From the NCBI GenBank assembly GCA_964486865.1, contig CAZAOZ010000002.1:98352-162351 (forward strand): a stretch of DNA of 64,000 nt, in the 5' to 3' direction. Shown piece after piece: positions 58,150-64,000 of the stretch. Positions within the stretch are counted from its first letter, which is position 1. Every line of letters begins with the position of its first letter. The notes under the pieces were generated by a model. The model was not told the DNA's origin and made no database searches. It worked only from the letters and a program-made list of their open reading frames with translations. This DNA comes from an uncultured Bordetella sp. (GTDB lineage: Bacteria > Pseudomonadota > Gammaproteobacteria > Burkholderiales > SG8-41). The position numbers and the translations under genes are program-made.

Positions 58150-58252
58150 GCCACAGAGGCCACAGAGAACACAGAGAACCCCGAAGACAAGAACACAAAA
58201 AGTTGCTGGTTTGCTTTTCGCTTTTCTCTGTGTTCTCTGTGCTCTCTGTGGC
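58150..58252. repeat. CACAGAG-nonamer palindromic element, copy 5 (between leuC and leuD)
   Basis: Left arm GCCACAGAG GCCACAGAG AACACAGAG (58150-58176). Right arm CTCTGTGTT CTCTGTGCT CTCTGTGGC (58226-58252). The arms pair over 27 bp with two mismatches. Confidence 0.85.
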
Positions 58253-58283
58253 CAAGCTTCTGCTTTTGAACCAATACTCGACT

Positions 58284-58898
58284 ATGAAACCCTTCACCAC
58301 ACTGACCGCAGTCGCCGCGCCAATCGACATGGCGAATATCGACACCGACCGCATCATCCCGGTGCGTTTTTTGCGCAAGCTGCGCACCACGCAGGCGGGC
58401 TACGACCCCTACCTGTTCCACGACATGCGCTTCGATAACGCCGGGCAGGAAAAGCCGGATTTTGTGCTGAACCAGGCACCTTACCGCCGCGCCGGCATAC
58501 TCGTCGCCGGCGCCAATTTCGGCTGCGGTTCGTCGCGCGAGGGCGCGGTCTATGCCCTGCTCGACTCCGGCATCCGTGCGATTATCGCGCCCTCGTTCGG
58601 CGACATTCATTACGCCAATGAACTGCAAAACGGCATGCTGCCGGTGACACTGCCCGAGGAAATCTGCCGCGGCCTGCGCGAACAGTTGCTGGCGAAACCC
58701 GGCGCCACACTGACCATCGACCTGCCGGCACAAACCGTCACCGATACGCTCGGCGACACGCATCCGTTCATGATCGACCCGATGTACAAGGAGCGCCTGC
58801 TGAAGGGACTGGACGACATCGGGCTGGTGCTGGAACAGTTACCGGCCATCGAAGCCTTCGAGCGCAAATACCACGCCGACCAGCCCTGGCTGGCGTAG
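58284..58898 (+). CDS. leuD: 3-isopropylmalate dehydratase small subunit (LeuD-type)
   Basis: Frame of ORF 57774..58898, starting at ATG 58284. MKPFTTLTAVAAPIDMANIDTDRIIPVRFL...GANFGCGSSREGA. Confidence 0.75.
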   Translation: MKPFTTLTAVAAPIDMANIDTDRIIPVRFLRKLRTTQAGYDPYLFHDMRFDNAGQEKPDFVLNQAPYRRAGILVAGANFGCGSSREGAVYALLDSGIRAIIAPSFGDIHYANELQNGMLPVTLPEEICRGLREQLLAKPGATLTIDLPAQTVTDTLGDTHPFMIDPMYKERLLKGLDDIGLVLEQLPAIEAFERKYHADQPWLA

Positions 58899-58968
58899 CC
58901 GATTCCTTGCCGGGCGGGTCAATTCCGCGCGCGCCTGCGCTATCATGCGCGCAGAGGGGAGTTCTACC

Positions 58969-59934
58969 ATGCTGGTCAACAGTGTTGCCTACCGGGACGG
59001 CAAAAAAATCGCGGATGTCGCGCGCGAGGAAATTCATTCGTACCTGCAGCGCAACGACTGTATCGTCTGGGTCGCGGTACGCGACCCGGAGCCGCACGAG
59101 CTCGAGCAACTCGAGAATCAATTCGACCTGCATCCGCTGGCCATCGAGGACGCGCGCCACGGCCACCAGCGCCCCAAGTTCGAGGAATACGGCGACGAAC
59201 TGTTTTTCGTGCTGCACATGATCGAACCTGACGGCGACGAACTGCGCGTGGGCGAAGTCGATATTTTTGTCGCGCGCAATTACGTGCTGTCGGTGCGCAA
59301 TGACAGCGAACGCGGGTTCGCCGACGTGCGCGAGCGCTGCGAGCGTGAACCCGAACTGATGCAGCACGGCACCGGCTACATCCTCTATGCCTTGATGGAC
59401 GCCGTGGTCGATCGTTATTTCCCGATTCTCGACAACATCGAGACCCAGCTCGAAAACATCGAGGACCGGATTTTCGCCGGCACCTCACCGCGCGCCAACA
59501 TCGAGGCCCTGTATGGCATCAAACGGGATCTGATGACCTTGAAGCATGCGACAGCGCCGCTGCTCGAGGCTGTCGGCAAGCTGCACGGCGGCCGCGTGCC
59601 GCAACTGTGCGCCGGACTGGGCGAATACTTCCGCGACGTGTCGGACCATCTGGTGCGCATCAATCAGAGCATCGACGCCGCGCGCGACATGGTCACCACC
59701 GCGATCTCGGTCAATCTGTCGCTGATCACGCTGCAGGAAAGTGAAGTCACCAAGCGGCTGGCCGGCTATGCCGCGCTGGTGGCCGTGCCGACGATGATTG
59801 CCGGCATTTACGGCATGAACTTCGAGTTCATGCCGGAACTGAAGTGGGCCTGGGGCTACCCGCTGTCGCTCGCTTCCATGGTCGCCATCGACGGCTATCT
59901 GTTCTACCGCTTCCGCAAAGCCAAGTGGCTGTAG
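58969..59934 (+). CDS. corA: Magnesium/cobalt transporter CorA
   Basis: Started at ATG 58969 (GGGGAG upstream). HPLAIEDARHGHQRPKFE...GIYGMNFEFMPEL (GMN motif), with two C-terminal TM helices. Confidence 0.9.
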   Translation: MLVNSVAYRDGKKIADVAREEIHSYLQRNDCIVWVAVRDPEPHELEQLENQFDLHPLAIEDARHGHQRPKFEEYGDELFFVLHMIEPDGDELRVGEVDIFVARNYVLSVRNDSERGFADVRERCEREPELMQHGTGYILYALMDAVVDRYFPILDNIETQLENIEDRIFAGTSPRANIEALYGIKRDLMTLKHATAPLLEAVGKLHGGRVPQLCAGLGEYFRDVSDHLVRINQSIDAARDMVTTAISVNLSLITLQESEVTKRLAGYAALVAVPTMIAGIYGMNFEFMPELKWAWGYPLSLASMVAIDGYLFYRFRKAKWL

Positions 59935-61169
59935 TCGCCCGTGCGGCGGTGATCGGCGGCGGTCCCGCCGGCCTGATGGCCGCCGAAATGCTGGTCAACG
60001 GCGGCGCGCGCGTCGATGTCTATGACGCCATGCCATCGGTGGGTCGCAAATTCCTGCTTGCCGGCAAGGGCGGGCTGAACCTGACCCACGCCGAACGCAT
60101 GGACAAATTCATTGCGCGTTACGGCGCACGCGCCGCCGACGTGGCGCCGTGGCTGGCTGCATTCGGCCCGCAGCAACTCCGCGACTGGGCGCAGGATCTC
60201 GGCGTCGAAACCTTTGTCGGCACCTCGCAACGCGTATTCCCGAAGGAGATGAAGGCCGCACCGCTGCTGCGCGCGTGGCTGCATCGCCTGCGCGCGGCCG
60301 GCGTGCGGTTTCACGTCCGGCATCGCTGGACCGGATGGGCGGATGACGGTGCGCTGCGCTTTGCCACGCCGCAGGGCGAGCGCACGGTGGATGCGGATTG
60401 CACGGTGCTGGCGCTGGGCGGCGGCAGCTGGGCGCGGCTGGGTTCCGACGGCGCGTGGGTGCCGCTGCTCGCCGCGCGCGGCATCACCGTCGCGCCGCTG
60501 CAGCCGGCCAACTGCGGTTTTGATGCCGCGTGGAGCGCGCATTTCCGCGGGCGTCATGCCGGACAGCCGGTGAAAACCGTCATTGCGTCATTTACGGACG
60601 CCGGCGGCGTTGCGCACCAGCGGGCGGGCGAATTCATGATCACGGATTACGGCGTTGAAGGCAGTTTGATCTATGCGCTGTCGGCGGCACTCCGCGACAC
60701 CATCGCCGTACAAGGCAGCGTGACTCTGCAACTCGATCTGGCGCCGGACAAGGACGCCGCGCGGGTAGCCGCAGAAGTCGCGCATCCGCGCGGCTCGCGC
60801 TCGTGGTCCAGCCACCTGCAGAGCAAGGCCGGCATCACCGGCGTCAAGGCGGGGTTGCTGCGCGAATACCTCGGCCCCGAGCACTACACCGATCCCGCGC
60901 GCGTGGCCGCGGCGATCAAGTCATTGCCGCTGCGCCTGACGGCGCCGCGGCCGCTGGACGAAGCCATCAGCAGCGCCGGCGGCGTGCCGTTTGACGCGCT
61001 GGACGAACACCTGATGCTCAAGGCGCTGCCCGGCGTGTTCTGCGCCGGCGAAATGCTCGACTGGGAAGCGCCGACCGGCGGTTACCTGCTGACCGCGTGT
61101 TTTGCCGGCGGGCGGGCGGCGGGCGCCGGCGCGCTGCAGTGGCTGGCGCAGTATAAAATAAACGAATAA
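59925..61169 (+). CDS. NAD(P)/FAD-dependent oxidoreductase, BaiN/HI0933-like flavoprotein
   Basis: AAVIGGGPAGLMAAE...GRKFLLAGKGGLNLTH...CAGEMLDWEAPTGGYLL. The start is uncertain: GTG 59925 (overlapping the corA end) or GTG 59949. Confidence 0.75.
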   Translation: MAVVARAAVIGGGPAGLMAAEMLVNGGARVDVYDAMPSVGRKFLLAGKGGLNLTHAERMDKFIARYGARAADVAPWLAAFGPQQLRDWAQDLGVETFVGTSQRVFPKEMKAAPLLRAWLHRLRAAGVRFHVRHRWTGWADDGALRFATPQGERTVDADCTVLALGGGSWARLGSDGAWVPLLAARGITVAPLQPANCGFDAAWSAHFRGRHAGQPVKTVIASFTDAGGVAHQRAGEFMITDYGVEGSLIYALSAALRDTIAVQGSVTLQLDLAPDKDAARVAAEVAHPRGSRSWSSHLQSKAGITGVKAGLLREYLGPEHYTDPARVAAAIKSLPLRLTAPRPLDEAISSAGGVPFDALDEHLMLKALPGVFCAGEMLDWEAPTGGYLLTACFAGGRAAGAGALQWLAQYKINE

Positions 61170-61195
61170 AAACAAATGCCTATGAATAAATATAT
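61151..61195 (+). promoter_or_regulatory. AT-rich IHF-site-like motif, copy c, overlapping the flavoprotein stop and the higBA promoter region
   Basis: GTATAAAATAAACGAATAAAAACAAATGCCTATGAATAAATATAT shares ATAAAATAA-N-GAATAAAAACAA with copy a. Confidence 0.35.
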
Positions 61196-61214
61196 TGTTC
61201 CCATTATGGGAACA
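61196..61214 (+). promoter_or_regulatory. Palindromic operator candidate of higBA
   Basis: TGTTCCC-ATTAT-GGGAACA is a perfect 7-bp-arm palindrome 44 bp upstream of higB. An extra GGAACA half-site lies at 61236-61241. Confidence 0.5.
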
Positions 61215-61257
61215 TTGTAGTATTATTGGCTCATAGGAACAATAAGAAAAGCTGCTT

Positions 61258-61542
61258 ATGCGACTCGTCGGGCGCGACAAGCTCGATGAGTTCATCCGCG
61301 CCCACGCTGACGCCAGGGCATGGACTGAGAACTGGATCGCCGACACCGAGGCCGCACAATGGCGCACGCCGCAGGACATCAGGAACAGCTACGCATCAGC
61401 CAGCTTTCTGGCCAACAGAATTGTAATTTTCAATGTGAAGGGCAACCACTATCGACTGGAAGTACAAGTGGCTTACAACACCGGCATAGTCATCGTGAAC
61501 TGGGCCGGAACTCACGCGGACTACACTAGGCGCATTAACTAA
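61258..61542 (+). CDS. higB: Type II toxin-antitoxin system toxin, HigB family (mRNA interferase)
   Basis: 94 aa. MRLVGRDKLDEFIRAHADARAWTENWIADTEAAQWRTPQDIRNSY...VIFNVKGNHYRLEVQVAYNTGIVIVNWAGTHADY is the characteristic HigB pattern. It is followed by an HTH antitoxin. Confidence 0.8.
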   Translation: MRLVGRDKLDEFIRAHADARAWTENWIADTEAAQWRTPQDIRNSYASASFLANRIVIFNVKGNHYRLEVQVAYNTGIVIVNWAGTHADYTRRIN

Positions 61543-61547
61543 AACCT

Positions 61548-61985
61548 GTGATGCTTGAACCGAAAATCATCAAAACCGAAAATGAATACCGGGCTTGTCT
61601 TGCCGAGATCAATCGACTCGCAACCGATGATCCTGCTCCCGGAACCGCGGACGGCGACCGTCTTGAGCTTTTCGCGAAGCTCGTTGAGGACTATGAAAAA
61701 GCGCGCTTCCAGTTCAAACGCCCGGATCCTGTCGCGGCCATCCGGTTTCGCATGGAAGAACAGGGGTTGCGGCAAATAGATCTCGCGCCGCTTCTGGGAG
61801 GCAGGAACCGCGTGTCCGAGGTTCTTGCCGGAAAGCGCCCGCTTACCGTGGCCTCCATCAGGGCGTTGAGTGACGCGCTGCATATTCCGGCCGACCTGCT
61901 CGTCCGCGAACCGCAGGCGACTTACCGCGTCAAATCTGAGCGTGGCGCCCGGCGAGCCACCAGCGCAAAGCGTAAGCAACAATGA
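61548..61985 (+). CDS. higA: HigA-family antitoxin (XRE-type HTH)
   Basis: IKTENEYRACLAEINRL...FAKLVEDYE...MEEQGLRQIDLAPLLGGRNRVSEVLAGKRPLTVASIRALSDAL. Toxin-first gene order, as in higBA. Confidence 0.8.
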   Translation: MMLEPKIIKTENEYRACLAEINRLATDDPAPGTADGDRLELFAKLVEDYEKARFQFKRPDPVAAIRFRMEEQGLRQIDLAPLLGGRNRVSEVLAGKRPLTVASIRALSDALHIPADLLVREPQATYRVKSERGARRATSAKRKQQ

Positions 61986-62155
61986 ACATCTACACCATCG
62001 GTTACGAAGGAATCTGCATTGGCCGCTTTTTGTCATTGCTGTAAAAGCATGACATCGAAACCGTGGTCAATATCCGCGAGTTGCCGATTTTCAGAAAACT
62101 GGAATTCCCGAAGAAAACTCACTCGGATACGCGAGGCAAGTCGAGCCCTTGCTGA
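61982..62155 (+). pseudogene. DUF488 family gene remnant (in-frame TAA and truncation)
   Basis: The ATG overlaps the higA stop (ATGA). MNIYTIGYEGICIGRFLSLL-TAA(62042)-KHDIETVVNIRELPIFRKLEFPKK matches the DUF488 N-terminus (MxIYTIGHs...F...L..h.I..lvDVR..P.SR), then diverges and stops at 62155. Confidence 0.55.
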
Positions 62156-62161
62156 AATCGG

Positions 62162-63565
62162 CTAACGCCGTAGTTGCTCAATCCCGAGTTCGCGCCACAG
62201 CCAGCGCGCATCGTAGCTGGCCCCGGTGTCTATGGCGCGCCGTGCCTCGCGGTTTTCCAGTTCCTTCAGGAGCGCGACCAGTTGCTCGCGTCCTTCGAAG
62301 TCTCGTGCCGCCTCGCGCGGTGACTTGCCGTCAAGCGCGGGTATTTTGTCATCCAGCCAATTGCGGTAATGCTTATCCAGAAAGCGCTGTGTAACCTCGT
62401 GCTTCACCCGCTTGGACACCGAACGCCGGGGTAGGCCTGGCGTGTCCCGCTTCTCCGCCATGACGTCTTGCACGGACTTGATTGCGACTTCAGGCTCTCC
62501 AATCAATCCGGCGATCAGTGGCTCGATGAACGCGCGCGCTCTTTCGATGCGGCGGCGCGAATTACCCGACAATTCAAGCTGTCCCCCGGAAAGCGTCACG
62601 CTTGCAAGCACTGTCAGCCCCGCATCACCATCGGGATGGCTGTCGAGCGCGAGGCCTTCTCCGGCCGACTTCACTCCTGAAGGATGTTCCGAAACTTGTC
62701 CCACCCAATCCCACGTTGCCGGACGAGTGCCCGTGCGCCGCAAGGCGGGCTCGGCATCAAGGCGGGCGATAACATTCTTTCTTCCGCCGGACGTGAGCGG
62801 ATAGCGGACTTCCGCGAACTCTATCGGATCGCCATCCCGGTTCACGAGCTTCGGCAAGGTGCGGTGCAGGCTCTCCAGTACGCGGGCGATGTGCAGGCCG
62901 CCGATCCGCGGCGCGGCGGCACGCATCACCTTGGCAGCCTCATCGCGGAACGCCTGCGCCGTCATGCCGGTATTTCCCGCCAGCCCGTGCAGCATGGCCT
63001 TCAACTCGGAAATCAGCGTCTCTCCGTGTTTGGTGGTGAGTGGAGACAGCGATCCGGTAAATACGCGTTTTCCACCGTGCTCGACGACGCGGGCCGCAAG
63101 CTTGTCCCATTGCACGATCTGCCGCGAACCGCTGACTTCGATCACATCGACCGGATCTCCATCGATCAGCAGGTCGCGAATGGTGACGCCGTGCCCGGGC
63201 CGCACCGCTACGGCTTCGTATATCCCGGGCACCGAGTCGCGCATCGCTTCGAGGTAATTTTTCGCGAGCGGAGGCACCCGGAAACCGCGCTTTTTCAGGA
63301 AATCGGCAATGAGGTTCTGCGGCGAACCTTCATACCAGCGGGTGCACAAGTCCTCAAGCGCGGCGCCGTATGCGGGGCCCGTGAATTCGCCGAGTGCTTC
63401 CCATGCTTCTTCCGGCGCCAAGCCAGCCTGCTCTGCGGCTGGCAGAAGATGTTCCTCCAGAACATCGCGCAAGCGCTCGGACCACAGCCCGTTCCCGCCG
63501 ATCCAGGTGGTCAGCTCCCGGATCGCGAGGGTGCTGAATTCGGCGAAAGGCGGTCGGGTCATCAT
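62162..63565 (-). CDS. Hypothetical protein, 467 aa, with a C-terminal helical module resembling antitoxin-type (MbcA/ParS/Xre-like) toxin-binding domains
   Basis: ORF 62162..63796 trimmed to ATG 63565 (GGAGA 8 nt upstream). I recognise no catalytic motif. The C-terminus is NWLDDKIPALDGKSPREAARDFEGREQLVALLKELENRE...YDARWLWRELGI. Confidence 0.5.
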   Translation of the reverse strand: MMTRPPFAEFSTLAIRELTTWIGGNGLWSERLRDVLEEHLLPAAEQAGLAPEEAWEALGEFTGPAYGAALEDLCTRWYEGSPQNLIADFLKKRGFRVPPLAKNYLEAMRDSVPGIYEAVAVRPGHGVTIRDLLIDGDPVDVIEVSGSRQIVQWDKLAARVVEHGGKRVFTGSLSPLTTKHGETLISELKAMLHGLAGNTGMTAQAFRDEAAKVMRAAAPRIGGLHIARVLESLHRTLPKLVNRDGDPIEFAEVRYPLTSGGRKNVIARLDAEPALRRTGTRPATWDWVGQVSEHPSGVKSAGEGLALDSHPDGDAGLTVLASVTLSGGQLELSGNSRRRIERARAFIEPLIAGLIGEPEVAIKSVQDVMAEKRDTPGLPRRSVSKRVKHEVTQRFLDKHYRNWLDDKIPALDGKSPREAARDFEGREQLVALLKELENREARRAIDTGASYDARWLWRELGIEQLRR

Positions 63566-63799
63566 GCAATATTCTCCACTGCTTCGATTGTAAATCTGGT
63601 TGAATAATTTCCGGAAACTTTCGTGTTTTTGCCTCCGTAAATTGGATATGAGTGCTGATGATAAAAACATCGGCGTCAATGCCGGATTGCTGCGGGAAGT
63701 TCTCGGCGCCGCGCACGACACTGATGCCGTGCGCGTTGCGGGGACTTTTTTTCCGCAAAACCCCGGTGTATATTGCCCGCGCTGGAGGGGAATCACACC

Positions 63800-64000
63800 A
63801 TGTATCTGCCATGCACCGGATCACCCCGATTCGCCGAGCGCGCCAAACCACTGGCGCCTTCTCTGTCGCTTATCGCATCATTGTCCGCCGCCATTTTTCT
63901 CTCTGCGGGATGCGCCACAACCGTGACACCGGTGGATGCATCGGTTGTCATGCAGAAATTCGGCATGCTGCGAAACGGTGAAACAACCAAGCAGGAAATT
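63800..64000 (+). CDS. Lipoprotein, N-terminal part only (possibly SmpA/OmlA-BamE-like)
   Basis: Absent from the ORF track because it runs off the right edge. ATG 63800 has GGAGGGG 9 nt upstream. MYLPCTGSPRFAERAKPLAPSLSLIASLSAAIFLSAGCATT... contains the lipobox LSAGC. The later ...FGMLRNGETTKQEI resembles the BamE-domain start. Confidence 0.5.
   Translation, partial: MYLPCTGSPRFAERAKPLAPSLSLIASLSAAIFLSAGCATTVTPVDASVVMQKFGMLRNGETTKQEI

Noticed and set aside
33923-58252. The tandem CACAGAG nonamers as a CRISPR array or as protein-coding repeats (translations such as SHRGHREHRE or SVFSVLSVAK in ORFs running through them).
   Set aside because: The units are contiguous with no spacers, each locus has only 2-3 units per arm in inverted pairs, and there are no cas genes. 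ORFs through them are read-through artefacts, because all frames of the unit lack stops.
56731-58898. Calling these leuC/leuD the biosynthetic isopropylmalate isomerase genes of the leucine pathway.
   Set aside because: The family assignment is solid, but there is no leuB or leuA nearby, the genes sit in a catabolic cluster, and HEGSFHAF replaces the usual HEVTSPQAF region. The leuC/leuD symbols are therefore retained only as family labels.
63600-63926. 108-109 aa ORFs on the plus strand in the 63566-63799 intergenic region (63600..63926, 63652..63981).
   Set aside because: They overlap the better-supported lipoprotein gene (RBS plus lipobox) in other frames and have no motifs. The region is more likely the divergent promoter DNA of the 467-aa gene and the lipoprotein gene.

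Overview
GC-rich bacterial chromosomal segment with betaproteobacterial-type synteny: dusB-fis-purH-purD-hemF, pepP-ubiH, murU-amgK next to lptD-surA-pdxA-rsmA, rubredoxin next to thiD-thiE-hemL, purE-purK-purC, and Bug/TctC receptors. I call about 60 protein genes, one tRNA-Ala(CGC) and one pseudogene. I see no rRNA, CRISPR array, transposase or integrase. Most of the window is housekeeping, but several things would be missed by routine annotation. (1) A redoxin/peroxiredoxin-like gene (51114-51632) carries an in-frame TGA at the first Cys position of the W-C-x-x-C motif, followed by a SECIS-like hairpin. It is a candidate selenoprotein, and it sits inside a ~15 kb regulator-less catabolic cluster (43.5-58.9 kb) with 2 PrpD-family genes, 2 TctC genes, an acyl-CoA dehydrogenase, an NDP-forming acyl-CoA synthetase, an ICL/PEP-mutase-family lyase, GGT and LeuCD-type genes. 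(2) Five ~100-140 bp palindromic elements have arms made of three tandem 9-mers (NNCACAGAG / CTCTGTGNN) around non-homologous cores. Four lie between co-directional genes (purE|purK, leuC|leuD, ACAD|acyl-CoA synthetase, dcd|tsaC). An analogous heptamer-armed element lies between purH and purD. (3) A LIV-type ABC transporter operon runs without a gap into a sensor histidine kinase. That kinase is translationally coupled (ATGA) to a Hanks-type Ser/Thr kinase fused to a receiver and a pseudo-receiver. (4) The tRNA-Ala locus has a 29-bp perfect inverted repeat that includes the tRNA 3' end, a degenerate direct copy ~475 bp away, and a 269-bp nested-inverted-repeat element between them. (5) An AT-rich IHF-site-like motif (core AATAAAAACAA) recurs six times. 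(6) The right edge holds a lower-GC accessory patch with higBA, a DUF488 pseudogene and a 467-aa unknown protein. All functional calls come from reading the translations and motifs by eye. No database search was run.
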